Shown here one piece after another: positions 28,857 through 38,707 of a stretch of 64,000 nucleotides of DNA. Position numbers and translations under genes: made by a program. The notes under the pieces were generated by a model that searched no databases, was not told the DNA's origin, and saw only the letters and a program-made list of their open reading frames with translations. The stretch is from positions 128,001-192,000 of the forward strand of contig CAVUMN010000003.1 in assembly GCA_963742735.1 (NCBI GenBank), in the 5' to 3' direction. Every line of letters starts with the position of its first letter. Position 1 is the first letter of the stretch. This DNA comes from an uncultured Actinomycetes bacterium. Lineage in GTDB: Bacteria; Actinomycetota; UBA4738; JBBDTT01.

Positions 28857-29285
28857 GTGAAGGTCTCGGCGAGCGGAACGCTGCCAGTCCCGATCGAGCG
28901 GGCGTGGGCCGGGATGATGGAATGGGAGCGCCAGCCGGAGTGGATGCTCGACGCGGCGTCGGTTCGTGTGGTGGGCGACAGGCGGGAGGGCGTCGGGACT
29001 CGCTTCGCGGTGCGGACGCGGGTCCTGGGCATCCCGGCCTTCACGGAGGTCCTCGAGGTCACCCGCTGGGAACCGCCCTACGCCCTGGACGTGCGGCACA
29101 CCGGGTTCGTCCGCGGGGCCGGGCGGTGGCGCCTGTCGGAGACGGCCGGCGGGACGACGTTCGCATGGGAGGAGGAGCTGCGCATGCCGATCCCGCTGCT
29201 CGGCGAGCTGGCGCTTCTGGCCTATCGTCCGATCATGCGGATGCTGATGCGCCGCGCGATCGGCCGGCTCGCGGAGCGGCTGTGA
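28857..29285 (+). CDS. SRPBCC (polyketide cyclase/START-like) family protein
   Basis: P.ERAW...WERQPEW...GVGTR...EVTRWEPP pattern. Confidence 0.8.
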   Translation: MKVSASGTLPVPIERAWAGMMEWERQPEWMLDAASVRVVGDRREGVGTRFAVRTRVLGIPAFTEVLEVTRWEPPYALDVRHTGFVRGAGRWRLSETAGGTTFAWEEELRMPIPLLGELALLAYRPIMRMLMRRAIGRLAERL

Positions 29286-30235
29286 CGGCCGAGCCCGGCG
29301 AGCTCCCGGCGAAGCTCCGCCGCTGGGTCGAGGCCGGCCTCATCGAGCCGGAGCAGGCCGAGGCCATCCAGGCTCACGAGCGGGAGCACTCCCCGCCGCC
29401 GCGCCGGATCTCCCTGGTCACCGAGGCGCTCGGGTACGTGGGCGCCGTGCTCGCGCTGGCCGGTCTCAGCGTGGCCCTCGCCAACGTGTGGGTGGACCTG
29501 ACCCCGCTGACTCGCTCGATGGTCCTGTTCGTGGCGGCGGCGGTCTTCCTGGTGGCGGGCTGGCCGATGCGTGGCTCGGAGGAGCCCGCGCTCGCCAGGC
29601 TGTCCAGCGTCCTGTGGTTCCTCTCCACCGGGGCGCTGGCCTGGGCCCTGATCGTCCTGGCCCTGGACGAGCTCGATCTGGATGGCGCGGAGGCGTCGGC
29701 CTTGATGGGCGCCGGCACGGCGCTCTACGCCCTGACGCTGTGGCGGATCCAGCGGCGCTCGCTCCAGCAGGTGGCGCTGCTGTTCGGCGGCGCGCAGGCC
29801 CTGCTCTCGGGGATTGCGGTCGCCGGAGACGACGTCGACGGCTGGGTGTTCGGGCTCGTGTTGTGGCTGGCCGGGCTGGCGTGGGTGAGCCTGGCCCGGG
29901 TGGACGTGATGGTGCCCGTGGACACGGCCTTCGTCCTGGGAGGGTTCCTCATGCTCGTCGGCCCGGGCATCGGCGCCGACGACTACGACTGGCTCTTCAT
30001 CCTGGCGTTCGTGACCGCCGGCGGACTGATGACCGCGAGCGTGGCCCTGGAGCGAACGTCGCTCCTCGCCCTCGGCACGGTCGGCATGTTCGTCTACCTG
30101 ATCTGGGCCGTGGTGAAGTACTTCGGCGACTCGCTCGGGGTGCCGCTCGCGCTGACGCTCGCGGGGGTGCTCGTCCTGGCGGTGGCGATCGTCGCCGGCC
30201 GCTTGAAGACGGGGATCAGTCCAGAGACGCGATGA
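29282..30235 (+). CDS. DUF2157-family membrane protein
   Basis: LRRWVEAGLIEPEQAEAI N-terminal motif followed by many TM helices; GTGA overlap. Confidence 0.78.
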   Translation: MTAEPGELPAKLRRWVEAGLIEPEQAEAIQAHEREHSPPPRRISLVTEALGYVGAVLALAGLSVALANVWVDLTPLTRSMVLFVAAAVFLVAGWPMRGSEEPALARLSSVLWFLSTGALAWALIVLALDELDLDGAEASALMGAGTALYALTLWRIQRRSLQQVALLFGGAQALLSGIAVAGDDVDGWVFGLVLWLAGLAWVSLARVDVMVPVDTAFVLGGFLMLVGPGIGADDYDWLFILAFVTAGGLMTASVALERTSLLALGTVGMFVYLIWAVVKYFGDSLGVPLALTLAGVLVLAVAIVAGRLKTGISPETR

Positions 30236-30737
30236 ACGCCTCGAGGTCGGGCAGGTGCGCCGACGCGTGCCCGAACGGCGCCTTCGGCGCCCCGAGGATC
30301 GACCCGAGCACGGTGACCATCGTGTCCCGCCGCTCGGCGGCGTACGGGGCCTTGCGCCGCCAGTTCTCGTCGGACATCCCATCGATCGCCTCGATCAGCC
30401 GCGCGTGGACCTCGTCGGCGTCGACCCGAACCTCCTCGTAGTCCCACGCGGCCTTGCGCTCGGCGTCCTCCGCGTTGGCCGCGTCGATGGCCTCGGCGCC
30501 ACCGGTGAAGTACGCCTCCGCCAGCGGCCGCGCGTCCCGGCCCCACGCCTCGATCGCCTCGAGCGCGAGGGACTCCCAGTGCGCCAGGTGGCCGAGCAGG
30601 TCCTTCACCGACCAGTCGCCGCCCCCGATGCCGGCCAGGGTCCGCCGGCCCTCGGGAACGCGGGCCAGCAGCTCGAGGACCCGATCGCGCAGGGTCTCGA
30701 GTGTGGCCGTCGCCTCCTCGCGGGTGGGCTGCGTCAA
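30216..30737 (-). CDS. DinB/DfsB (MDMPI-like) four-helix bundle protein
   Basis: WSVKDLLGHLAHWE and C-terminal H..AH metal-binding motifs. Confidence 0.8.
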   Translation of the reverse strand: MTQPTREEATATLETLRDRVLELLARVPEGRRTLAGIGGGDWSVKDLLGHLAHWESLALEAIEAWGRDARPLAEAYFTGGAEAIDAANAEDAERKAAWDYEEVRVDADEVHARLIEAIDGMSDENWRRKAPYAAERRDTMVTVLGSILGAPKAPFGHASAHLPDLEAFIASLD

Positions 30738-30738
30738 C

Positions 30739-32247
30739 TCACTCGTTCGGCCGCTTCGGGACCGAGATGTCCCACCACGGGTGCCGCTCCCGGCTCGGGC
30801 CGAGCAGGTCCACGTGGATGTGCTTGACCTCGCGGTACTCGTCGAAGCCGATCTTGCCGTGCTCCCGGCCGAGGCCCGACTGCTTGTATCCGCCGAAGGG
30901 GAACCGGGGGTTGATCATGTGGTAGTCGTTGATCCACACGGTCCCGGTCCGGAGCTGGTTCGCCACCCGGATCGCGCGCGCGTTGTCACCGGACCACACT
31001 CCGCCGGCCAGCCCGTAGATCGAGTCGTTGGCCAGCCGGACCGCCTCGTCGTCGTCCTCCACCGGTACGACCACCAGAACCGGTCCGAAGATCTCCTCCT
31101 GCGCGATCTTCATCTCGTTGGTCCCGGCGAAGATCGTGGGCCGGTAGTAGTAGCCGCCGTCGTGGCCCTCGACCGTCGCCCGCTCGCCGCCGGTGAGCAG
31201 TTCGGCTCCCTCCTCGCTCCCGATCGCCACGTAGCGCTCGACGGTCTCGAGCTGGCTCCGGGCCACGACGGGGCCGACGTCGCTCGCCTCGTCGAGCGCC
31301 GGGCCGACCCGCGACCCCTCCGCTCGCCGGACGAGCTCGGTCACGAAGTTGTCGTAGATCGCCCGGCTCACGAACGCGCGCGTGCCGGCGCTGCATACCT
31401 GGCCGGCGTGGAAGAAGACGCCCCACAGGACGCCGTCGATCGCGTAGTCGAGGTCGGCGTCGTCAAGGACGATGTTCGCCGACTTGCCGCCCAGCTCCAG
31501 GGTGCACTTCTTGATGGTGCCGGAGGCGAGCTGCATGATCCGCGAACCGACCTCGGTCGAGCCCGTGAACGCGACCTTGTCCACGAGCGGGCTGGTGACC
31601 AGGGCCTCGCCCGTGGCCGCGCCGGGCCCGGACAGGACCTGGACCACGCCTTCGGGCAAGCCGGCCTCGAGGCACAGCCGGCCGAGCTCCAGCGAGGTGA
31701 GCGCCGTGTAGCTGGCGGGCTTGAGGACCACGGTGTTGCCAGCGGCGATGGCCGGCGCGACCTTCCACGAGGCCATCTGTATCGGGAAGTTCCAGGGCGT
31801 GATCGCGGCGCAGACGCCGATCGGCTCGCGGCGCAGGTAGTTGAGCGAGGACGGCCCGTGGGCGAGCGGCTCCTCGTCCTCCTCCTTGGCGGCGAGCTCG
31901 GCGAAGGTGCGGAAGGTCGAGATGACCATCCCGACGTCCGCGCCCCTGGCCTTGCGGATGGTGGCGCCGGAGTCGCGGGCCTCGAGTTCGGCGAGCTCGG
32001 CGCCGTGCTTCTTGACCTGGTCCACCACGCTCAGCAGGCGCTCGGCGCGCTCGCGGCCCTTCATCCGGGGCCACGGTCCCTCGTCGAAGGCGTGCCGGGC
32101 GATCTCGAGCGCGCGCTGGACGTCCTCGGCCCCGGCCTTGGGGACGGTGGCGAACACCTCGCCGGTCGAGGGGTCGGTCGTCTCGAAGGTCTCTCCGGAT
32201 GCGGCATCGGTCAGGTCGCCGCCGATCACCAGCTTGTAGTCAGGCAT
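30739..32247 (-). CDS. NAD-dependent aldehyde dehydrogenase
   Basis: [34 protein letters not shown] and FGGYKQSG motifs. Confidence 0.95.
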   Translation of the reverse strand: MPDYKLVIGGDLTDAASGETFETTDPSTGEVFATVPKAGAEDVQRALEIARHAFDEGPWPRMKGRERAERLLSVVDQVKKHGAELAELEARDSGATIRKARGADVGMVISTFRTFAELAAKEEDEEPLAHGPSSLNYLRREPIGVCAAITPWNFPIQMASWKVAPAIAAGNTVVLKPASYTALTSLELGRLCLEAGLPEGVVQVLSGPGAATGEALVTSPLVDKVAFTGSTEVGSRIMQLASGTIKKCTLELGGKSANIVLDDADLDYAIDGVLWGVFFHAGQVCSAGTRAFVSRAIYDNFVTELVRRAEGSRVGPALDEASDVGPVVARSQLETVERYVAIGSEEGAELLTGGERATVEGHDGGYYYRPTIFAGTNEMKIAQEEIFGPVLVVVPVEDDDEAVRLANDSIYGLAGGVWSGDNARAIRVANQLRTGTVWINDYHMINPRFPFGGYKQSGLGREHGKIGFDEYREVKHIHVDLLGPSRERHPWWDISVPKRPNE

Positions 32248-32294
32248 GGCCTCGAACCTCCTCGTTCGTGGATTCTCATCGTATCGTCCGCGCG

Positions 32295-32762
32295 ATGGGC
32301 GCCGACGGCTGGACGCAGGTCCCCGACGTCGCCGGGATCGGGCTGCTGTGGGTCTGCCCCCGGTGCGGGAAGAAGTTCGTCCAGCGCAACTCCTCGCATT
32401 CGTGCGGACCGCACACGATCGAGGCGTTCCTGGAAGGCAAGGGGCCGCGGGCGATGGGGCTGTGGGAGCGCTTCGCGGAGATCGTGCGGGGCTTTGGGCC
32501 GGTCGAGGCCGTCGCCAACAGGATGAACATCGGGTTCATGGTCCGGGCCCGGTTCGCGGGCGTGTTCTCGCTCAGTGAGCGCGGGATGAGCGTCCACTTC
32601 TGGCTGAAGCGTCGCGTGGACAGCCCGCGGTTCGCGAGGCGGGAGTACCTGCTGCATCGGGACTGGATCTACCGGGTGCGGGTGACCGATCCGAGCGAGC
32701 TCGACGACGAGCTCATCGGCTGGCTGCGCGAGGCGTACCAGGTCGGCGCCCAGCGGGCGTAG
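32295..32762 (+). CDS. DUF5655-like protein with an N-terminal Zn-ribbon
   Basis: WVCPRCG..F....SHSC and ELDDELIGWLREAY motifs; TATCGT -10 box 7 nt before the ATG. Confidence 0.75.
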   Translation: MGADGWTQVPDVAGIGLLWVCPRCGKKFVQRNSSHSCGPHTIEAFLEGKGPRAMGLWERFAEIVRGFGPVEAVANRMNIGFMVRARFAGVFSLSERGMSVHFWLKRRVDSPRFARREYLLHRDWIYRVRVTDPSELDDELIGWLREAYQVGAQRA

Positions 32763-32775
32763 GGGGAGAGGTAAC

Positions 32776-33501
32776 GTGGCGGAGCGCGGGATCGACGGGT
32801 TGGGGACCATCCTCGGGGTCTGGGCGCACCCGGACGATGAGACGTACCTGACCGCGGGGCTGATGGCGAACGCGGTTCGCCTGGGCCAGCGCGTGGTGTG
32901 CGTCACGGCGACCCGGGGCGAGGAGGGCTCCTGGGACGAGGAGCGATGGCCGGCGTCGGAGCTCGGAGCGATCCGGCAGGCCGAGCTCGAGCGCGGCCTC
33001 GCGATCCTCGGCGTGACCGAGCACCACTGGCTCGACTATCACGACGGGAAGGTCGACGAGGTCCCGCAGGACGAGGGCGTCGCCCGGGTCGAGGGGTTCA
33101 TGCGCGACGTCGTGCCCGACACGGTGTTCACCTTCGGGCCCGAGGGCATGACCGATCACCCCGACCACAAGGCCGTCCACCGGTGGACGGCGGAGGCGTT
33201 CGAGCGCGCGGCAAAGCCCGGAGCGCGGCTGCTCCACGCGACGACGACGCCCGACTGGGTCGAGCGATGGAAGCCGAAGCTCGACAGGTTCAACGTCTTC
33301 TACTCGCCCGACACGCCGCCCATCACCGCACGAGAGGACCTGGCGGTCGAGTTCGACCTCCCGCCGGACCTGCTCGACCTCAAGGAGCGAGCGATCAAGG
33401 AGCACGTCAGCCAGGTCGAGGGCTTCGCCAACGCCTTCGGCCCTGACTTCCTCCGCGACTCGAACGTCACCGAAGCCTTCGTCCTGGCGCGGACGAGGTA
33501 G
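32776..33501 (+). CDS. PIG-L/LmbE-family deacetylase
   Basis: AHPDDE, ATRGEEG, HPDH and HVSQ motifs. Confidence 0.9.
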   Translation: MAERGIDGLGTILGVWAHPDDETYLTAGLMANAVRLGQRVVCVTATRGEEGSWDEERWPASELGAIRQAELERGLAILGVTEHHWLDYHDGKVDEVPQDEGVARVEGFMRDVVPDTVFTFGPEGMTDHPDHKAVHRWTAEAFERAAKPGARLLHATTTPDWVERWKPKLDRFNVFYSPDTPPITAREDLAVEFDLPPDLLDLKERAIKEHVSQVEGFANAFGPDFLRDSNVTEAFVLARTR

Positions 33502-33510
33502 CGCCCTCGC

Positions 33511-33858
33511 TCAGCCGGCCTTCCAGTCGCACCAGGCCTTGATGGCCTTCTCGAGCTGGGCCTTCTTCTTCTCCACGTCGTCCAGGTCGACAAAGCGGGC
33601 TGTCCGGGCGAGCTTGCCGTCACCCTCCAGGAGCGGATGCTTCCCTGGGATCTCCGCGCCGCGGTGGAACAGCAGGCTGACCAGGTTCTTCGCCGGGTTG
33701 AAGCTGAAGATGTTTCCGTTGAACGAGTAGGTGGGCGTCTGCCACTTGATCGACTCCTCGACCCGAGGGTCCGCGGCGAGCGCGATCTCCCGCACCCGCT
33801 GCATGGCCGCCTCCATCGGTGGTTTCCGTTCCGCGAACCAGGCGTCGACGTCGTTCAC
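33511..33858 (-). CDS. DUF1801 (YdhG-like) protein
   Basis: ESIKWQTPTY, LFHRGA and LEGDGK motifs. Confidence 0.85.
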   Translation of the reverse strand: MNDVDAWFAERKPPMEAAMQRVREIALAADPRVEESIKWQTPTYSFNGNIFSFNPAKNLVSLLFHRGAEIPGKHPLLEGDGKLARTARFVDLDDVEKKKAQLEKAIKAWCDWKAG

Positions 33859-34202
33859 TTCGGGAGCGCGGCCACGTATCCGTACGCCGCCCTGGCGAGC
33901 TCGGACCAGCGTTTGGACTGGGCGACGGGGATGGCGACCCACTCCTTCATCGGACGGTTCTGGCCGCTGGGGTCGAACAGGTGGGCGCCCTTGATCGCCA
34001 TCGCCTCGCCGTGGGCGGGAACGCCGAGCTTGAAGACGAGCTCCTTGCCCCACAGGCCGACGAACATCTTGCCGTTCGCCTTGAGAGAGGGCATGCCCAT
34101 CATCTTCGTCCGCTGCGTGGGCGTGCTCGCGGCCAGCTCGTCCGCGATCGCCTCGTACGCCTTCAGCGCCCTCGGGTCCGGCGCCGGCATCTCCATCGGC
34201 AT
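33855..34202 (-). CDS. TfoX/YjbR-like small protein
   Basis: KMMGMPSLKANGKMF...FDPSGQNRPMKEWV; TAGGCT -10 box 6 nt upstream. Confidence 0.7.
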   Translation of the reverse strand: MPMEMPAPDPRALKAYEAIADELAASTPTQRTKMMGMPSLKANGKMFVGLWGKELVFKLGVPAHGEAMAIKGAHLFDPSGQNRPMKEWVAIPVAQSKRWSELARAAYGYVAALPK

Positions 34203-34256
34203 GGAGGAAGCCTACCGCCGCCCGCGAGTACGATTGACCGTGGAAGGAGGTCGACG

Positions 34257-35171
34257 ATGACCTACGCGGAGCGGACGGCGGAGTTCAAGGCGCGCATCGA
34301 CGCCGGCGAGAAGATCGAGGCCGGCGACTGGATGCCGGACCAGTACCGGCAGGCGGCGTTGAAGTTCATCGAGATGCACGCGAACTCCGAGGTCATGGGG
34401 GCCCTCCCCGAGCGCGAGTGGATCCCGCGGGCCCCGTCGCTGCGCCGCAAGCTCTCCTTGACCGCCAAGGTCCAGGACGAGGTGGGACACGGGCAGATCC
34501 TGTACCGCGTCGCCGAGGACCTCGGCAAGAGTCGCGAGGCGATGTTCGGCGACCTGGTCAACGGCCGGACCAAGTTCCACAACGTCTTCCACTACCCGAC
34601 CGAGACGTGGGGCGACGTCGCCGTCATCGGCTGGCTCATCGACGGCGCCGCGCTCGTGACGCAGAAGGCCCTGCTGGACGCGAGCTACGCGCCGTACGTC
34701 CGGGCGATGCGCCGCATCTGTCCCGAGGAGTCCCTGCACCTGCGCCACGGCGAGGACCTCACCCTGGAGCTGTGCAGCGGCAGCGACGCGCAGCGCGCGA
34801 TGTTCCAGGACGCCGTGAACCGGTGGTGGCGGCCGATCATGCACTTCTACGGCCCCCCCTCGAACCCGGAGAAGGACGTCCTCCTGTACTGGGGGATCAA
34901 GACCAAGACCAACGAGGCGCTGCGCCAGGAGTTCTTCTCGACGTACGTCCCGAAGCTGTGGGACCTCGGGATCTCGGTCCCGGACGACAAGCTCGCCTGG
35001 AACGGGACGGTGGGTGAGTGGGACTGGTCGGACCCGGGCTGGGACGACTTCTGGGAGGTCGTGCGAGGGCGCGGGCCGATGACCTCCGTCCGCCTGCTGT
35101 ATCGCAAGTCCATGTGGGACACCCACGCCTGGGTGCGCGAGGCGTTCGCCGGCCTGCCCCGCGTGGCCTGA
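34257..35171 (+). CDS. paaA: Phenylacetyl-CoA 1,2-epoxidase subunit A
   Basis: KIEAGDWMP..YR, HANSE..G.LPE, KVQDEVGHG and EESLH di-iron motifs; AAGGAGG RBS. Confidence 0.93.
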   Translation: MTYAERTAEFKARIDAGEKIEAGDWMPDQYRQAALKFIEMHANSEVMGALPEREWIPRAPSLRRKLSLTAKVQDEVGHGQILYRVAEDLGKSREAMFGDLVNGRTKFHNVFHYPTETWGDVAVIGWLIDGAALVTQKALLDASYAPYVRAMRRICPEESLHLRHGEDLTLELCSGSDAQRAMFQDAVNRWWRPIMHFYGPPSNPEKDVLLYWGIKTKTNEALRQEFFSTYVPKLWDLGISVPDDKLAWNGTVGEWDWSDPGWDDFWEVVRGRGPMTSVRLLYRKSMWDTHAWVREAFAGLPRVA

Positions 35172-35178
35172 CCGCCGC

Positions 35179-35529
35179 GTGGACGTCTGGGACGTGCTCC
35201 AGCAGCGCGTGGACGGGGAGGAGCTCACGCTGGCGGGCTCGATCAACGCGCCGTCGCTCGACGTCGCTCTGATGCTCGCTCGCGAGACCCATTTCCGCCA
35301 CGGTGAGGGCGTGAACTTCGCCGTCCGCCGTCGCGGTGAGGACGAGGTGCACGTATGCGCCGACCCGACCGCGCTCGGCGGCGTGATCGACCGGTCGTAC
35401 CGCCGCCAGGACGGCTACGTCGGGGTGGGCGCCAAGCTCCGGCGCGTCCGTGAGCAGCTGGCCGGCCGCGGCCTGGTCATCGAGGGCCACCGTCCTCCGG
35501 CCCACGCCCACGCACAGGCCGATGGCTGA
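35179..35529 (+). CDS. paaB: PaaB-like epoxidase subunit (divergent)
   Basis: WDV...AGSINAP...ALMLARE...R.YR pattern; lies between paaA and paaC. Confidence 0.65.
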   Translation: MDVWDVLQQRVDGEELTLAGSINAPSLDVALMLARETHFRHGEGVNFAVRRRGEDEVHVCADPTALGGVIDRSYRRQDGYVGVGAKLRRVREQLAGRGLVIEGHRPPAHAHAQADG

Positions 35530-36397
35530 GGATCCCCGCCGGACGCTGCTGCTGGCGCTCGCCGACGACGAGCTCGTCATCGGCCACCGTCACTCGGAGT
35601 GGACCGGATGGGCCCCCCACATCGAGGAGGACTTGGCCTTCTCCTCGATCGCCCAGGACGAGATCGCCCACGCGCGCCTGCTGTACGAGCTCGCGGCGGA
35701 GCTCGACGGCGACACCGGCGGCGTGGACGCCCTGGCCCTGGGCCGGCCGGCGGCCGGCTACCGGCACGCCGTGCTCTGCGAACGGCCCAACGGCGGCTGG
35801 GGCCGCACGATCGCCCGCCAGTACCTGTACGACACCGCGGACGCGGTGCGGCTCGGCGCCCTGGCCGGGTCGAGCTGGAAGGACCTTGCCGACCGAGTCC
35901 GGCTCATGCAGCTCGAGGAGCGCTACCACCTGGACCATGCGGGGACGTGGTTCGAGCGGCTCGCCAACGGCCCGGTGGAAGCCCGCCAGCACTATGCCGA
36001 CGGGCTCGCGTCGACGGTCGGAGAGGCGATGGCGCTGTTCGAACCGGTCCCCGGCGAGGAGGAGCTGGTCTCCGAGGGGGTCCTTCCCCGTTCGAACGAA
36101 CAGCTGCTGGCCGAGTGGCTGGAGGGCCTCGGCACCGCGCTGGAGGCGGTCGGCCTGGACTGGGTCCTGTCGGACACCGGCGGCGAAGCCGGCGAGATGG
36201 TCCCGACGTCCTCCGGAGAGGTCGAGGCGGCCCCCACGATCACCGTTCCGGGGCTCGTACGGCGCGACGGAACCTGGGCTCACGAGGGCGGCTTCGCCGG
36301 CGAGGGAGGACGGCTTGGCCGGCACACCGAGGACTTCGTGGCACTCTGGGACGAGATGACCGCCCTGTATCGCGCCCATCCCGGAGCGTCGTGGTGA
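35522..36397 (+). CDS. paaC: Phenylacetyl-CoA epoxidase subunit C
   Basis: LADDELVIGHRHSEW...PHIEEDLAFSSIAQDEIAHA, EERYH, GGRLGRHTE and HPGASW motifs. Confidence 0.92.
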   Translation: MAEDPRRTLLLALADDELVIGHRHSEWTGWAPHIEEDLAFSSIAQDEIAHARLLYELAAELDGDTGGVDALALGRPAAGYRHAVLCERPNGGWGRTIARQYLYDTADAVRLGALAGSSWKDLADRVRLMQLEERYHLDHAGTWFERLANGPVEARQHYADGLASTVGEAMALFEPVPGEEELVSEGVLPRSNEQLLAEWLEGLGTALEAVGLDWVLSDTGGEAGEMVPTSSGEVEAAPTITVPGLVRRDGTWAHEGGFAGEGGRLGRHTEDFVALWDEMTALYRAHPGASW

Positions 36398-36915
36398 ACC
36401 GGCTGCAGGCGCTCACCCTCGAGACCGAGGTCCGCGACCGGCTCACCCACGTCATGGACCCGGAGATCCCGACGTGTTCGATCCAGGACCTCGGGCTGGT
36501 CGAGCGGATCGAAGTCACCGACGACGCCATCGAGGTCGACCTGCTGCCCACCTTCGCCGGCTGCCCCGCATTGGACGTGATCGAGCGCGACGTCCGCGCC
36601 GCCGTGGAGGAGCTCGCCGAGGGCCGCGAGACGCGCGTGAAGTTCGTGTACGACCCGCCGTGGACGACCGACCGGATCAGCGCCGCCGGCGAGCGGTATC
36701 TGCGCGCCTACGGGATCTCGCCCGCGCCGCACGGCCACGGCGGCCCGGTGGTGATCTCCATCGCCGACGTCCGCTCGCGCGTGGTGCTGTGCCCGTTCTG
36801 CGGCTCCGAGGACACCAACGTCGAGAGCGCGTTCGGGCCGACCCCGTGCCGGACCACGCACTTCTGTCGGTCGTGCCGCAACCCGTTCGAGGGTTTCAAG
36901 CCGAAAACCCGATGA
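36394..36915 (+). CDS. paaD: Phenylacetyl-CoA epoxidase maturation subunit D (PaaJ)
   Basis: V.DPEIP, PTFAGCPA, PPWTTD, CPFCGS and FGPTPC...C.SC.NPFE motifs. Confidence 0.92.
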   Translation: MNRLQALTLETEVRDRLTHVMDPEIPTCSIQDLGLVERIEVTDDAIEVDLLPTFAGCPALDVIERDVRAAVEELAEGRETRVKFVYDPPWTTDRISAAGERYLRAYGISPAPHGHGGPVVISIADVRSRVVLCPFCGSEDTNVESAFGPTPCRTTHFCRSCRNPFEGFKPKTR

Positions 36916-38006
36916 TCTCGCTGCGCGAGGTCACGAAGGTGTTCCCGGGCGCGACCGAGCCGGCCGTCAACGCGCTTTCCCTGGAGATCGGCGAGGGCGA
37001 GACCGTCGTCCTGGTCGGGCCGTCGGGATGCGGCAAGACCACGACGATGAAGATGATCAACCGGCTGATCGAGCCGACCTCGGGCGAGATCTGGGTCGGC
37101 GACGTCAACGTGATGGAGCAGGACCCCGCGAAGCTGCGCCGCGGGATCGGCTACGTCATCCAGACGATCGGGCTGATGCCCCACCGCACGGTGGCGCAGA
37201 ACATCGCGATCGTCCCCAAGCTGCTCGACTGGGAGGACGGGCGCATCGAGGGTCGCGTCGACGAGCTGCTGGAGATCTTCCATCTGGACCCTGCGCTCAA
37301 GCATCGGTATCCGGCCGAGCTCTCCGGGGGGCAGCGCCAGCGCGTGGGCGTGGCACGGGCACTGGCCGGCGACCCGCCAGTGATGCTGATGGACGAGCCC
37401 TTCGCCGCGGTCGACCCGATCGTTCGGGGCAGGCTCCAGGAGCAGTTCCTCGAGATTCAGGACCGTCTGCGCAAGACGATCGTGTTCGTCACCCACGACA
37501 TCGACGAGGCCATCAAGATGGCCGACCGGATCGCGATCCTGAACGTCGGCGGGATCCTCGAGCAGTTCGACACGCCCGAGGTCATCCTGCGCTCGCCTGC
37601 CAACGAGTTCGTGGAGCAGTTCGTCGGTGCCGAGCGCGGCCTGAAACGCCTGGCGCTGATCCCGGTCTCGGCCATCGAGGTCGAGCAGGGCCCCGTCGTG
37701 TCGCCGGACGCGACCGCGGCCGAGGCGCGCAAGGTCATCAAGGAGCTCGGGATGGGCTGGACGAGCGTGGTCGCCGACGGCGAGCTCCTCGGCTGGATCG
37801 ACGAGGAGTCGCTGAAAGGAAAATCGACCGCGGTCGAGGCCGGGCCCCGCAGGTTTAGCGCGTACGTGACCGAGCGCGACTCGCTCCGTCAGGCCCTGGA
37901 CTCGATCGTCACCTCGCAGACGAACGTCGCGGTCGTCGTCACCGAGGGTCAGCACTACAAGGGCATCCTCACCCTCGAGCGGGTCTCGCAGGAGATCGTG
38001 TCGTGA
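36912..38006 (+). CDS. Osmoprotectant (OpuC/OsmV-type) ABC transporter ATP-binding protein with CBS-like tail
   Basis: GPSGCGKTT, LRRGIGYVIQ, LSGGQRQRVG and MDEPF motifs. Confidence 0.93.
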   Translation: MISLREVTKVFPGATEPAVNALSLEIGEGETVVLVGPSGCGKTTTMKMINRLIEPTSGEIWVGDVNVMEQDPAKLRRGIGYVIQTIGLMPHRTVAQNIAIVPKLLDWEDGRIEGRVDELLEIFHLDPALKHRYPAELSGGQRQRVGVARALAGDPPVMLMDEPFAAVDPIVRGRLQEQFLEIQDRLRKTIVFVTHDIDEAIKMADRIAILNVGGILEQFDTPEVILRSPANEFVEQFVGAERGLKRLALIPVSAIEVEQGPVVSPDATAAEARKVIKELGMGWTSVVADGELLGWIDEESLKGKSTAVEAGPRRFSAYVTERDSLRQALDSIVTSQTNVAVVVTEGQHYKGILTLERVSQEIVS

Positions 38007-38707
38007 ACGGCCAGCCGTTCATCCGCTGGGACTGGATCTGGGATCACCTCGACGACATCGGGACGCAGCTCGTCGAGCATCTCTACCTGACGGGGATCGC
38101 GGTGGGGGTCGGGCTCGCCATCGCCCTGCCCCTCGGCGTCTTCGCCTACCGGCACCGGTGGGCGTATCCGCCGCTCACCTGGTTCACGGGGATCCTGTAC
38201 ACGATCCCGAGCCTGGCCCTGTTCGTGCTCCTCATCCCGTTCACCGGCCTGTCCACGCTGACCGCCGAGATCGGGCTGGTCAGCTACACCCTGCTCATCC
38301 TGATCCGCAACATCGTCGCCGGGCTGCGCTCCGTCCCGGAGGACGCAAAGGAGGCCGCACTCGGCATGGGCTACACCCACCGGCAGCTGCTGTGGAAGGT
38401 CGAGCTTCCCCTCGCCCTGCCGGTGATCGTCGCCGGCATCCGCATCGCCACCGTGACGACGATCGGCCTGGTCACGGTCACCTCGCTGATCGGGCTGGGG
38501 GGCCTCGGCACGTTCATCCTCCAGGGGCGCCGTCGCGCCTTCTTCACCATGACCTTCGTCGGCTCGGTGCTCTCGGTCGTCCTGGCGCTCGCGGCCGACG
38601 CGCTGCTGATCCTGATCCAGCGGAGGCTCACGCCTTGGGTGCGCAAGCGCCGCGTCGTCCAGCCCGTGGGCGTCGAACCGAGGGTTGGCTGGACGGTGGC
38701 GGGTTGA
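38003..38707 (+). CDS. Osmoprotectant ABC transporter permease
   Basis: YTIPSLAL, EAALGMG and VELPLALP motifs. Confidence 0.92.
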   Translation: MNGQPFIRWDWIWDHLDDIGTQLVEHLYLTGIAVGVGLAIALPLGVFAYRHRWAYPPLTWFTGILYTIPSLALFVLLIPFTGLSTLTAEIGLVSYTLLILIRNIVAGLRSVPEDAKEAALGMGYTHRQLLWKVELPLALPVIVAGIRIATVTTIGLVTVTSLIGLGGLGTFILQGRRRAFFTMTFVGSVLSVVLALAADALLILIQRRLTPWVRKRRVVQPVGVEPRVGWTVAG

